Source: Mobula hypostoma (lineage: Eukaryota). From it: a stretch of DNA of 64,000 nt. How positions within the stretch are numbered: the stretch's first letter is position 1; each line of letters opens with the position of its first letter. The notes under the pieces were generated by a model, which saw only the letters and a list, made by a program, of their open reading frames with translations, had not been told where the DNA came from and searched no databases. This document shows positions 27,331 through 40,799 of this stretch, piece after piece. The stretch is from contig NC_086108.1 of the NCBI RefSeq assembly GCF_963921235.1, positions 5,704,001-5,768,000 on the forward strand, in the 5' to 3' direction. Made by a program: the position numbers and the translations under genes.

Positions 27331-27368
27331 TAGTCCTGACGAAGGGTCTCGGCCTGAAACGTCGACTG
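27331..27368 (+). ncRNA. Minimal type I hammerhead ribozyme motif in Penelope pLTR
   Basis: tagtc-CTGACGA-agg gtctcgg cct-GAAA-cg-TC^gactg. Conserved core CUGANGA/GAAA/UH, stem I agtc:gact, 3-bp stem II, palindromic ACGT stem III. Predicted cleavage after 27363. Confidence 0.75.
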
Positions 27369-29179
27369 CACCTCTTCCTAGAGATGCTGCCTGGCCTGCT
27401 GTGTTCACCAGCAACTTTGATGTGTGTTAAATGGAACTGTAACACTGGTTGTCTAACCTGGTTGGTAACACATTGGCCAATTTGTTACCAAAGCCAACCA
27501 CGCAAGTACTTCCCACATCTGTCCTCTATATTGGTCAGCCATGGCTCTCCTGCTAGTGCCCTGCCCAGCCCCACTGTCAATTCAACCTCTAATCCTACCA
27601 GCAACTCAAGCTCGGAAGTCCTGGTGAGTTTTAAGTGTCCTGTCATGCAAGATGTGGCCTTTAAGTTTACTCACACAATCCAAGTACGTATGGGTTATGG
27701 TTAGTAGGCTGAGGGCATGCTGCATTGGCACTGGAAGCGTGGTACCACTTGCAGATGTGCCTCCCCGCACTCCCCACCCCAGGACATCCTCTAACTGTTG
27801 ATCATTGACACAAATGATGCATTCAAAGACTCAAGGTCCATTTATTATCAAAGTATGTATGCAGTACCCAACAAGAGGACCACAGACTTGTCGTAGGGCT
27901 TGGAGGCTTGTGTGCCTCAGTGACCCGGAGGACCACGCTGGCTGGAGTCAAAGATTTATGATTTGACTCTTGGTAGGGTCACCCATGCCAAATAGGTCAA
28001 AGGGTAGAGGCCAGGCTCAGAGTGGTCCACAGGTGTTCCCGGTTTGGGGGTTCAGCTCAGGGCTCACAACCCTGTCTGGTCAAAAGCTAATTGTTATGGA
28101 AACAGCAATGAAGAATACTTCTATACAGACAGAGATGGAGGATCTTCATTGCTGCCCTAAATACCAGAGTTGTAACGGGCAGTTTTTAAAAAAAAACTAA
28201 AAAAAAAATGCCAGAGTTGTAACGGGCAGTAAGTACGTATTATGTACTATACAACTCTGAGATTAGACTTCCCACGAAACAAAGAAATACCATGGAACCC
28301 GTTCAAAGAAAAACATCAAACCCCCAACGTGTAGAGAACAAATCATGCAAATGGCACAAAAGTAGTGGGGGAGAAAACACAGAATATAAAACAAAGTCAT
28401 CAAAACAGACCAGTTCATTCTACTGTATGTGTCTCATCATCCAAGATGCTGCCTTCCAGTTTCCTCGGGGAGGGAAAGCAGGCCTAAGCCTTATGGGTTG
28501 CTAAGTTGTGGGCATGCTATCGTCGTCTCAGAAGTCAGGCGACACTTGCGGGCTGCCCATCTCCCATTCTTCAACTGTGGTGACCGTTGACATAAAAGAT
28601 GCATATCATTGTCTGTTTCAGTATCAAGGTCGACCATGGGCGTTGCATCCTAGTTGTCTAGATACGCAAGCCTGGGCAGTACGATATGGAGAGCAAGCTG
28701 TTGCCCACGTAGCATCTGATGATCCTCCATCTGATGAACCCAAAGGAACGGCAGAGACCGATACAGTTTGGCACCAGTTGTGTTGCAGAAGTTGCCAGTT
28801 AGCGTTGAATTCAATGTAGGGCTGCCTTACAGTTTCCAGCTCTGGATTTTTACCCTGGGTTTACTCCCATGAGTGGATGTAGCTGCAAGATGGTGGAGGA
28901 TTGGGATCAGAGTATTCCTTCTCTTAGATGAGCTGACAACCATGGTTGGTGAACCCCATCCGCCCCAAGCAACTGGCTTTAAGGCACCAGTAACCCAGCT
29001 TTGCGTCTTCTACAGTGAGTAGAAATGGTTCTGCCGGGCTTAGTAAGCCACAAGTGAAGACCAGAAGCTGGACTTGGTTGTCAGAGGCTATTTGAGGCAT
29101 ACATCACTGGGAGCATTTAATAGATAGTGGGAGTTTATCCCCATTACCACCCCTGGCAATAATGACCTTAATGAACCTC

Positions 29180-30640
29180 AGTACAAAGCAAAAACGAATT
29201 TCTACAAATTGGTCTAAATTTATTACAATTTTAAACACAAACTAATTGTATAATTACTCCTTCAAGTCAATATTTAGTAGATGTACCTTTGGCAGCAATT
29301 ACAGCCATGAGTCTGTGTGGATAGGTCTCTATCAGCTTTGCACATCTGACACTGCAATTTTCCCCTTCTTCTTTACAAAACTGCTCAAGCTCTGTCAGAT
29401 TGCATGGGGATCGTGAGTGAACAACCCTTTTCAAGTCCAGCACAAGTTCTCAATTGGATTGAGGTCTGGACTCTGACTTGGCCACTCCAGGATATTATCT
29501 TTGTTTTTAAGCCATTTCTGTGTAGCTTTGGCTTTTTGCTTGGGGTTATTGTCTTGCTGGGAGATAAATCTTCCCCCAAGTTGCAATTCTCTTGCAGACT
29601 GCATCAGGTTTTCCTCCAGGATTTCCCTGTATTTTGCTGCATTCATTTTACCCTCTACCTTCACAAGCCTTCCAGGGCCTGCTGCAGTGAAGCATCCCCA
29701 CAGTATGATGTAGCCACCACCATGCTTCACGGTGGGGACGGTGTGTGTTTGATGATGTGCGGTGTTTGGCTTACGCCAAACATGGTGTATAGTCTGATGG
29801 CCAAACAGCTCAATTTTTGTTTCATCAGACCATAGAACCTTCTTCCAGCTGTCTTCAGAATCTCTCACATGCCTTCTGGCAAACTCTAGCCGAGATTTCA
29901 TGGGAGTTTTTTTTCAACAGTGGCTTTCTCTTTGCCACTCTCCCATAAAGCTGTGAGTGGTGAAGCTCCCAGGCAACAGTTGTATGCACAGTCTCTCCCA
30001 TCTCAGCCACTGAAGCTTGTGACTCCTCCAGAGTTGTCATAGGTCTCTTGGTGGCCTCCATCACTAGTCCCCTTCTTGCACGGTCACTCAGTTTTTGAGG
30101 ACAGCCTGCTCTAGGCAGATTTACAGCTGTGCCATATTCTTTCCACTTCTTGATGATTGATTTAACTGTACTCCAAGGGAGATTCAGTGACTTGGAAATT
30201 TTCTTGTATCCATCTCCTGACTTGTGCTTTTCAATAACCTTTTCACACAGTTGCTTGGTATGTCCTATTGTCTTCATGGTGTAGTTTTTGCCAGGATACT
30301 GACCCACCAGCAGTTGGACCTTCCACATACAGGTGTATTTTTACTACAATCAATTGAAACACCTTGTCTGCAGATGGTGATCTCTATTTAACTAATTAAT
30401 GTGACTTCTGAAACCAATTGGCTGCACCAGTGATGACTTGGTGTGTCATATTAAAGGGGGGGGGGTGAATATTTGTGCAATGAATTATTTTGTTTTATAC
30501 TTGTAATTAATTTAGAACATTTTGCAGAGATCTGTTTTTTGCTTTGACGAGAAGGAGTTTTTCAGTTGATCAGTGTCAAAACAAAAGAATTAAATTAAAT
30601 CCACTGTGATTCAATGTTTTAAAGTGATAAAACAATAAAA
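29180..30640 (-). mobile_element. Tc1/mariner transposon with frameshifted transposase
   Basis: ORF 29855-30328 is the paired-like HTH (GDGYKKISKSLNLPWSTVKSIIKKWK). ORF 29431-29901 is the DDE domain ([35 protein letters not shown]). Inverted-repeat remnants at ~29186-29230 and ~30495-30547. Confidence 0.9.
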
Positions 30641-33559
30641 ATACGCGGGCAACATGGGATGCGGGCGACACGAGACATGCACAGACACACACACTTCGGG
30701 CAGATGGGGCTCGTCAGTCGTGGTTGGCAGCTCACCTAGGAAAAGGAAAACTCTGATCTCAAACCTCTGCTGCCTTGTGGCTGTACCCACTCATGGGGAA
30801 GGCTTCGGTAGTAAATCCCGAGGGGAAAACTCCAGAGCTGGGGTTCCTAAAGCAGTCTTATATTGAGTTCAACGTTGACTGGCAACTTCTGTGATGCTGC
30901 TAGTACCCAACTCTATCAGCCTCTGCCATTCCTTTGGGTTCATCAGCTTGCTACGAGGGCAACAGCTTGTCTCCATATTGTACTGCCCAGGCTTGCGTAT
31001 CTAGACGGTGAGGACACAACGTCCATGGTTGAGCCAGACCGGTGGAGGCCTCGAGTAGGTATATATGTATTTCATACTGTAATTCACAGTTTCTATTATT
31101 GTGTATTGCAATGTACTGCTGTTGCATAGACAACACATTTCACAACGTATGCTGGTGACATTTCACCTGATTGTGATTCGCCAAACAAGACTTAGATCAT
31201 ATCATCAGTGTCTCATTGTTTCTCTAAGAGCTTTCTGAATGTTAGGAAGCCACTGCATTTCTTGCCTTATATTTTTGGACCAATTAGAGGCAATGGAAAG
31301 TGCTATGCCCTACAAGCATCCCTCTCTGCGCTTCAGCTTTTAAAAAAAAACCTTGTCTGGTCATTTGTCGGTCTTGCCACTATCTTTGCTTTATGCAGTG
31401 GTAACATCCACTCTCCTTGCTGCTCGTACTGTACCTAATGGCATAATTGTGGCCAAGCTTGATAATGGGTCTAAAATCACAAGCATTCTTTGCTCACATC
31501 TGCCACAGATCTGATTGATTTGGAGGCCGCCAGGCATTGATTGGAAATCTGAGCTGAAAGCTGGGCGTAGAGGGCAGAAGACATTTATTAAATCCGAGTG
31601 ACCTGCCTAGCTCACTGATTGTGTGGTGTAGAAGCTGCAAGGCATTGGACCAGAAGACCCTACAGGGGACAGTAGAAACTGCCCAGAGGATCACTGGGGA
31701 CTTCCTCCCCCGTGCTTGTGACATCTACTGGGAGCGTATTACATGAAGGATTGGAAGCACTGTTCAGGATCTCTACCATTCATCGCACAATCACTTTGAC
31801 CCCCTACCATCAGGAAGGAGGTACAGGAGCATCAGGACTCGGACTGCCAGACTGGGCAACAGCTTCTTCCCTCAGGCTGTGAGAGTAATGAATACCCTGT
31901 CACTCCCGAGGTCTCGTCACTACCGCAGCGAGCTGTTTACTGCTTACCTTTGCTGTGCACTACATGCACCTTGAATTATATTTTATTAACTTACTTGTGG
32001 TAATATTTTGGTTTATGTGCTGTTTGTGATATACGTATTGTGGGTGCACCGTGATCTGGAGGAACGTTGTTTTGTATACAACAGAGTTATAAGAGAAGAT
32101 TGAATGGGTTAGAACTTCATTCCTTGGAACATAGAAAATTTAATAGAGGTAAATTTGAGATATAGACAGGGTAAATACGAGCAGGCTTTTCCCGCTGAGG
32201 TTGGGTGGGACTACAACCAGAGGTCATAGGTTAACGGTGAAAGTTGAAAAGTTTGTGGGGAACATCAGGGCAAACCTCTTCACTCAGAGGATCATGAGAG
32301 TGTGGAAAGAGCTGCCAGCATAAGTGGTGATTTCAACATTTAAGAGCAGTTTGGATAAGTACATGCATAGGAGAGCTATTGTCCCGGAACAGGTCGATGG
32401 AAGTAGGCAGTTTAAATGGTTCAGCATGGAATAGATGGGCTGAAAGGTCTGTTTCTGTACTGTATTTTTCCATGACTCTACGTGTACAGTCAGATAACAA
32501 AACACTTGAACTTGCCTAGATAAGTCGACTGCTACTTAAAACTTCTCGAACTCTGTCTCCCTCTTCCTCCCGCTCGAAAACCCTTGCAACTACTTGATGC
32601 CTTCTGAAATTACTGAGTGCATCGGATGACATGTGCGTGTGCAGCCTCATATTCCTGGCAAGGTCCCACATATCAAGTGCCAATCACTCCTAGATAGCCA
32701 TGGTGCAGCCAAGAGCAGGCGTCTCGTTTTCAGACCCACCATCATCACTTGGCAAAGGAAGAGAACTTTTGCAATAACAACTTTGGGGATCCACATATTC
32801 ATCCGTAGCTAATAAGAATTTTTTTTCTTTGAGCATATAATGGAAAAGTAACGCAAATTCATTCCTCTCTGTTTTCCCATGCTCAAGATTCCTAAGTAAC
32901 TTAAAACAGATGGGAGAGCGGGGAGATTGGGACGCCACGGTAGTGGAGTGGTTACTGTGACACTGTTATGGCTCGACATGTTGGAATTTGGAGTTCAGTT
33001 CAGGTGCTGTCTATATGTTCTGCCTGTGACTGCGTGGATTTCCTCCAGGTGCTCTGGTTTCCTCCCAGAGTCCGAAGACGTTCCAGTTAGAAGGTTAATT
33101 GGTCATTGTAAATTGTCCTGTGATAAGGCTGGGGTTAAATAGCTGGCTTGCTGGGTAAGGGCCGATTCTTCACCGTATCTCTAAATAAATAAAATTGCTG
33201 GCAATTTGAGGAGAAAAATATTTTAAAAAAATCTCAATTCCAGTTAAGATGAGGGAGTCCAGGATATCAGCTATCCCATTATGCTCCAAGATTGCTGTTT
33301 CTGCTTTTAAAATTTTCCCCATTCCAGAGAAGTGCAAATTCTGTCAGGTTGCTCCACACATTGATTCGAAAGGCAACTTGTCCTGATTTAGGGTCACTGC
33401 CCAAAATATTTTGACAATTTCTTTTCTCTCCTTCTGCTCCTCGATGCACTGAGTTTCTCCAACAGGCTGTTTTTCATTCTGCCCTCACATAACCTGTAAA
33501 GTGACCCCTAAGTGGTTTTCTGAGCTGCATCAATACTGTCTAATACAAGTACTTTAAAG

Positions 33560-34303
33560 CACTGGATAAGACATTTTTTTTCACAAGTCTTGCTTCCTCA
33601 GAATTTAGTTTTGTTTATGAAGCTGAACACATATATTTGCAGACTACTTTTATCACATAAGAATTTGAAGAAACAAGAAATCAACTTTTATTGAATATAA
33701 TGCATTTAATTGCATAATGGTGCTGACATTTTGCAATAGTTCAACTAAGCTAAAAATCTATTGTTGATGATTCTCATTTAGGGCTTCTCAGTTAAGTGTC
33801 CAACAATAATCAGCCAGCATTGATGGATTCCAGTTGCCCTGACACCGTTTCTCCATGACCGCAATGCTCATCACTGACAGCGCCAAGATTTGCAGGGAAG
33901 AAGTCTAAATGGGAATGCAGAAAATTAATTTTTAGTGACATGTTGCACGTCATGGTTTTGTATGCTTGAAGCATGTTGTCAACCAGCTGCACGTAGTTTG
34001 GTGCATTGTAGTTGCCAAGAGAATTTTCAGCAACATCCTTGAACGCCTTCCATGTGATTTTCTCCGGTCCCACTAGAAGTTCTTTGAATTGCCTGACAAT
34101 GATGGCCCGTTTAATTTGTGGACCAACAAAAATGCCTTCCTTAATCTTGGCATCAGTTATGAATTGAATTTAACAAATATAAGCTATTTCAAAGAAATGG
34201 TGTGTGACAGGGAAATTTCATGGCAATTTTCATGATCAGCAGTCCAAAATCCATAAGATATACCCAAAAGCATTCAGGAAGCAAAATCTTTGTTGAGCGG
34301 TGA
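33560..34303 (-). mobile_element. Chapaev-like DNA transposon, internally deleted non-autonomous copy
   Basis: cactgg... to ...agcggtg termini. ORF 33810-34073 KITWKAFKDVAENSLGNYNAPNYVQLVDNML...FLHSHLDFFPANLGAVSDEH. Confidence 0.7.
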
Positions 34304-34419
34304 ACCTCCTGGTTATTTGTGTAAGATGGAAATAGAATCCAGTGCCAAGTGCAAGATGTACAGATTGTGATATTTCCCTGTTCTTTGCATCTTACATCTT
34401 GTTTATTTCCCAATTAGAG

Positions 34420-35032
34420 TATGAGGACACTCAGTCCTCGTTTATTGTCATTTAGAAATGCATGCATTAAAAAATGATACAATGTTCCCCCGGTATGATA
34501 TCACAGAAACACAGGACAAACCAAGACTAAAACTGACAAAACCACATAATTATAACATATAGTTACAACGGTGCAAAGCAATACCGTAATTTGATAAAGA
34601 GCAGACCATGAGCACGGTAAAAAAAAGTCTCAAGTCCCGATAGCCCCATCATCTCACGCAGACGGAAGCGCCGCAAACTTGCCGAGGCATTGGAAGCACC
34701 TGACTGCAGCCGACTCTGAGTCCATCCGAAAACTTCGAGCCTCCGACACCGAGCACCGAGCACCATCTCTGCCCAGCGCTTCGACCCCGCCCCAGCCGCC
34801 GAGCAACAAGCAAAGCTGAGGACTCGGGGCCTTTCCTCCGGAGATTCTCGATCGCACGGTAGCAGCAGCAGCGGCGAAACAGGCATTTCAGAAGTTTCAC
34901 CAGATGTTCCTCCGTGCTCTTACGTCTGTCTCCATCAAATCGGGATTGTGCACGGCACCCTACTTGACAGATAACAGACATCACCACTGGAGTGGCCGCT
35001 GCGAGCTGCGTCACGCCGCCATCTTCTCCTCC
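34420..35032 (-). mobile_element. ~600-bp CpG-rich non-autonomous retroelement
   Basis: Homologous copy at ~53385-54025; minus-strand 3' end carries AATAAA. Confidence 0.6.
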
Positions 35033-35142
35033 CTCCCCAATTGTGAAGTGTTTTCCTATTTCCCCCACACAGATGTTACACCATAAGGCAGAGAGGCAGA
35101 CTTAGGCCATTTGGTACATCAAGTCTGTGACAAGATGCCTAG

Positions 35143-35822
35143 GTGAGGACTATAAGGACCAAGTGGTGGAGTATCTACCAAGTGCTACGAATTGACAATA
35201 AACTGGACTGGGCAAAGAACACTGAGGCTGTCTACAAGAAGGGTCAGAGCCGTCTCTATTTCCTGAGGAGACTGAGGTCCTTTAACATCCGCCGGACGAT
35301 GCTGAGGATGTTCTACGAGTCTGTGGTGGCCAGTGCAATCATGTTTGCTGTTGTGTGCTGGGGCAGCAGGCTGAGGGTAGCAGACACCAACAGAATCAAC
35401 AAACTCATTCATAAGGCCAGTGATGTTGTGGGGATGGAACTGGACTCTCTGACGATGGTGTCTGAAAAGAGGATGCTGTCCAAGTTGCATGCCATCTTGG
35501 TCAATGTCTCCCAACCACTACATAATGTACTGGGTGGGCACAGGAGTACATTCAGCCAGAGACTCATTCCACCGAGATGCAGCACTGAGCGTCATAGGAA
35601 GTCTTTCCTGCCTGTGGCCATCAAACTTTACAACTCCTCCCTTGGAGGGTCAGACACCCTGAGCCAATAGGCTGGTCCTGGACTTATTTCATAATTTACT
35701 GGCATAATTTACATATTACTATTTAACTATTTATGGTTCTATTACTATTTATTATTTATGGTGCAACTGTAACGAAAACCAATTTGCCCCGGGATCAATA
35801 AAGTATGACTATGACTATGACT
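35143..35822 (+). mobile_element. Young Rex1 LINE 3' end with (ATGACT)n tail
   Basis: IDNKLDW..NTEAVYKKGQSRLYFLRRLRSF...SFLPVAIKLYNSS, then aataaagt(atgact)n. Confidence 0.88.
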
Positions 35823-36621
35823 GTCTGAGTCTAGAATGGAAATGCAATGCCTTGAGACTGAGATGATAACAGGGTTCTTGACTAGGCACTAGGTGGGAAC
35901 CTTTAGAGGTTTGGAGACGAGAATCCAAACGAGACAGAAGTCCTAAATGCAGTCACAGGCTGAACTGAAGTTGGGGACTGAGCCCCAAATCGAGTTCAGG
36001 TGCTCTTCAAATATCCAAACCTTGGTGCCAAAACATGGCTGCCAATTAGTGGAGTGGGTCAGAACCTTTAAAGGAACAGTGCCAGCTATCCATACTCCTG
36101 GAGAACTTGGAGCATCTAAACCCCAGAGGGTGTGTACTGTAACGGAGTCTGCACCACCATTTCATCATAGCTGAATTATTATTCCTCTCAACCCCATACT
36201 CCTGCCTTCACCCCGTAACCTCTATTGCCCTGACCAATCACGAACCTATCAAACCACGCTTTAAATATACCCAATGACTTGGATTCCACAGCTGTCTGTG
36301 GCAATGAATTCCTCAGATTCACCAGTCTTTGGATAAAGGAATTCCTCCTCATCCCCGTTCTAAGGACATCCTCTTCCAGATTGTTTCCTGGTATACTTAG
36401 CCTCAATTGTCTTTTGTGTCTGATTCTCAGAGCTTTTTCATTTGAGTTATTGCTTGTGGAGGGGTGAAGGTGTCACCTCACTGACCCTAGAAGGTTACGC
36501 AGGGGACGGGGGTGCTAAATATATGAGAGGGGCTTAGATAAAAATGAAACTCTTTCCACTGCCAGAAGAAGTCGTAACCACAGGATCTGTTTTTGGTTGA
36601 AAAGAGGTTTTAACAGAACGA

Positions 36622-37480
36622 CAAACACGAGAGATTCTGCAGATTTTGGAAATCCAGAGTAACACACACACAAAATGCTGGAGGAACTCTGCAGGTCAGG
36701 CAGCATCTATGGAAATGAATAAACAGTCAATGTTTTGGACCGAGACCCTTCTTTAGGACTGAGAAGGAAGGGAGAAGACACCAGAATAAAAAAAAGTAGG
36801 GGGAGGGAAAGGAGGATAGTTAGAAGGTGATAGGTGAAGCCAGGTGGGTGGGAAGGGTAAACAAAGAAGGAATCTGTTAGGAGAGGAGAGTGGACCATGG
36901 GAGAAAGGCAAGGAGGAAGGGACCCAGGGGAAGATGATAGGCAGGTGAGAAGTGGTAAGAGGCCAGAGTAGGGAATAGAAGAGGGGAGGAGGAGGAGGGA
37001 GCATTTTTTTTAATCTGGAAGGAGAAATCAATATTCATGCCATCAGGTCAAAGGGTACCAAGATGGAATATAAAGTGTTGCTTCTCGACTCTAAGCACAG
37101 GAGGAGGCCATAGACCGACATGTCAGAACAGGAATGGGAATGAGAATTTCAATGTTTGGGCACCTGGAGGTTGTGCTTTTGGTAGATGGAGGTGGTTGAC
37201 AGAGCCTCATCCTGGGAACAGACGCTGGGCAGACAAAGGAACAGAGAAAAGGCAACAGCTTTTTTACAGGGGAAGAGGTATAGTCAAGATAACCGTGGGC
37301 GTCAGTAGGTTTATAAAAGATATCGGTTGACAGTTTGTCTTCAGAGAGGTCGAGAGAGAGATCGAGCAAGGGATGAGAGAGGTATCAGAGATGGACCAAG
37401 TGAATTTGAGGCCAGGGTGGAAGTTAAAGACAAAGTTGGTGAAACTGACGAGCTCAGTGTGGGTGAATGAAGGAGCTCCA
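36622..37480 (-). mobile_element. Degenerate Penelope-like fragment
   Basis: LDLSLDLSEDKLSTDIFYKPTDAHGYLDY and FHPGLKFTWSISDTSL; pLTR with a decayed hammerhead at ~36723-36761. Confidence 0.8.
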
Positions 37481-37489
37481 ATTAATGAG

Positions 37490-39922
37490 ATAGAAACATA
37501 GAAACATAGAAAATAGGTGCAGGAGTAGGCCATTCAGCCCTTCGAGCCTGCACCGCCATTTATTATGATCATGGCTGATCATCCAACTCAGAACCATGCC
37601 CCAGCCTTCCCTCCATACCCCCTGACCCCTGTAGCCACAAGGGCCATATCTAACTCCCTCTTAAACATAGCCAATGAACTGGCCTCAACAGTTTCCTGTG
37701 GCAGAGAATTCCACAGATTCACCACTCTCTGTGTGAAGAAGTTTTTCCTAATCTCGGTCCTAAAAGGCTTGCCCTCTATCCTCAAACTGTGACCCCTCGT
37801 TCTGGACTTCCCCAACATCGGGAACAATCTTCCTGCATCTAGCCTGTCCAATCCCTTTAGGATCTTATACGTTTCAATCAGATCCCCCCTCAATCTTCTA
37901 AATTCCAACGAGTACAAGCCCAGTTCATCCAGTCTTTCTTCATATGAAAGTCCTGCCATCCCAGGAATCAATCTGGTGAACCTTCTTTGTACTCCCTCTA
38001 TGGCAAAGATGTCTTTCCTCAGATTAGGGGACCAAAACTGCACACAATACTCCAGGTGTGGTCTCACCAAGGCCTTGTATAACTGCAGTAGTACCTCCCT
38101 GCTCCTGTACTCGAATCCTCTCGCTATAAATGCCAGCATACCATTCGCCTTTTTCACCGCCTGCTGTACCTGCATGCCCACTTTCAATGACTGGTGTATA
38201 ATGACACCCAGGTCTCGTTGCACCTCCCCTTCTCCTAATCGGCCACCATTCAGATAATAATCTGTTTTCCTATTTTTGCCACCAAAGTGGATAACTTCAC
38301 ATTTATCCACATTAAATTGCATCTGCCATGAGTTTGCCCACTCACCCAACCTATCCAAGTCACCCTGCATCCTCTTAGCATCCTCCTCACTGCTAACACT
38401 GCCACCCAGCTTCGTGTCATCCGCAAACTTGGAGATGCTGCATTTAATTCCCTCATCCAAGTCATTAATATATATTGTAAACAACTGGGGTCCCAGCACT
38501 GAGCCTTGCGGTACCCCACTAGTCACTGCCTGCCATTCTGAAAAGGTCCCGTTTATTCTCACTCTTTGCTTCCTGTCTGCTAACCAATTCTCCACCCACA
38601 CCAATACCTTACCCCCAATACCGTGTGCTTTAAGTTTGCACACTAATCTCCTGTGTGGGACCTTGTCAAAAGCCTTTTGAAAATCCAAATATACCACATC
38701 CACTGGTTCTCCCCTATCCACTCTACTAGTTACATCCTCAAAAAATTCTATGAGATTCGTCAGACATGATTTTCCTTTCACAAATCCATGCTGACTTTGT
38801 CCGATCATTTCACCGCTTTCCAAATGTGCTGTTATCACATCCTTGATAACTGACTCCAGCAGTTTCCCCACCACCGACGTTAGGCTAACCGGTCTATAAT
38901 TCCCCGGTTTCTCTCTCCCTCCTTTTTTAAAAAGTGGGGTTACATTAGCCACCCTCCAATCCTCAGGAACTAGTCCAGAATCTAACGAGTTTTGAAAAAT
39001 TATCACTAATGCATCCACTATTTCTTGGGCTACTTCCTTAAGCACTCTAGGATGCAGACCATCTGGCCCTGGGGATTTATCTGCCTTCAATCCCTTCAAT
39101 TTACCTAACACCACTTCCCTACTAACATGTATTTCACTCAGTTCCTCCATCTCACTGGACCCTCTGTCCCTTACTATTTCTGGAAGATTATTTATGTCCT
39201 CCTTAGTGAAGACAGAACCAAAGTAATTATTCAATTGGTCTGCCATGTCCTTGCTCCCCATAATCAATTCACCTGTTTCTGTCTGCAGGGGACCTACATT
39301 TGTCTTTACCAGTCTTTTCCTTTTTACATATCTATAAAAGCTTTTACAGTCCGTTTTTATGTTCCCCGCCAGTTTTCTTTCATAATCTTTTTTCCCCTTC
39401 CTAATTAAGCCCTTTGTCCTCCTCTGCTGGACTCTGAATTTCTCCCAGTCCTCAGGTGAGCCACTTTCTCTGGCTAATTTGTATGCTACTTCTTTGGAAT
39501 TGATACTATCCCTAATTTCTCTTGTCAGCCACGGGTGCACTACCTTCCTTGATTTATTCTTTTGCCAAACTGGGATGCCATTGCATATCCACCGTCAATC
39601 CTTTAAGTGTCATTTGCCAGTCTATCTTAGCTAATTCACGTCTCATACCTTCAAAGTTACCCCTCTTTAAGTTCAGAACCTTTGTTTCTGAATTAACTAT
39701 GTCACTCTCCATATTAATGAAGAATTCCACCATATTATGGTCACTCTTACCCAAGAGGCCTCTCACGACAAGATTGCTAATTAACCCTTCCTCATTGCTC
39801 AAAACCCAGTCCAGAATAGCCTGCTCTCTAGTTGGTTCCACTACATGTTGGTTCAAAAAACCATCCCGTATACATTCCAAGAAATCCTCTTCCTCAGCAC
39901 CTTTACCAATTTGGTTCACCCA
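37490..39922 (-). mobile_element. Young CR1 LINE with uninterrupted 650-aa RT region, 5'-truncated with an internal deletion
   Basis: ORF 37588-39540 has the full RT ([25 protein letters not shown]). ORF 39554-39919 is the endonuclease C-terminal part (ILDWVLSN, LGKSDHNMVEF). The (TTTCTATG)n CR1 3' tail reads atagaaac repeats at ~37490-37510. Confidence 0.95.
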
Positions 39923-40415
39923 GATGGAAGCAGAATGGAGCTCGTTTAAAAATCTCGTTAGACCACATTTGGACTATCGACTTCACTTCATGGTCGCCTC
40001 ATTATAGGGAGAATATGGAAGTGTAGAGAGGGTGCAGAGGAGATTTACCGGGATTTTACCTGGACTAGAGAGCGTGTCTTATGGGGAGAGGTTGATTCCG
40101 GGTTTAGGAGTTCAGCTCAGTGCTTTTCTCTTTGGGATGAAGGAGGATGAAAGGAAACGATAGAGGTGTACATGATGGTAAGAGGCGTCGATCGAGTGGA
40201 CAGCCTGAGTGAAAGTGGCTAATACCAGAGCACCTGAAGTTAAGGTGATTGGAAGGAGGAATGGGGGGGGGGGATGAAAAAGGTAGCTTTTTTAAAACAG
40301 TTTTAGGTTCATGGGCCATGCTGCCAAGTGTGGTGGTACAGACAGGTACTTTTGGGACATTTAAGGGACTTGTGCACATGAATGAAGAAAAAATGGAGGC
40401 CTACGTGGGAGGGAA

Positions 40416-40799
40416 CTCCATGAGGGCCACTACCTTGTCATAGGGTTTGGAGGCTTGCGTGCCTCAATGACCCAGAGAGTTATGTTGTCTGGAGTCGGGC
40501 TTTGTGTTTTGGCTCTTGTTAGGGTCAACCGTGCCCAACAGGTCAAAGGGTAGAGGCCAGATTCAGAGTGTTCCACCAGTCCTCCAGGTTTGGGGGTTCA
40601 GCTCAGGGCTAAAACTGTTACGGAAACAGCAATGAAGAATCCTTCTACATTTGAGTGTGACGGTATTCCTGAGTCTCCACCCGGGACTTGCATGGCTGAC
40701 AGTAGTGAAAACCGAGCTACAGACTGAAGCCCTGAACACTGTCAGGGATGGAGGACGTTCAGTGCCGCCCTGAACGCCAACAACGTTACGGGCAGCAGG
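40416..40799 (+). mobile_element. RTE-derived non-autonomous SINE-like element with 14-bp TSD
   Basis: TSD tacgtgggagggaa at 40402-40415 and 40800-40813. Homologous copies at ~17830-18285 (-), 27870-28235 (+), 47885-48283 (-) and 57430-57815 (-). Confidence 0.7.

Larger units (their letters stand above)
25383..27428 (+). mobile_element. Penelope-like element (RT + GIY-YIG) with inverted pseudo-LTR at the 5' end and a TSD
   Basis: RT C-terminal ORF 25782-26591 (GVAMGTRMGPSYA, LRYIDD, TDVYYKPTDSHSYL). Frameshifted GIY-YIG (VIYCVRC...LYIGETQRRLGDCFAEH) ends at 27037. Region 25418-25806 is the reverse complement of 27037-27428. Direct repeat ttaaatggaactgtaa at 25367-25382 and 27427-27442. Confidence 0.93.
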
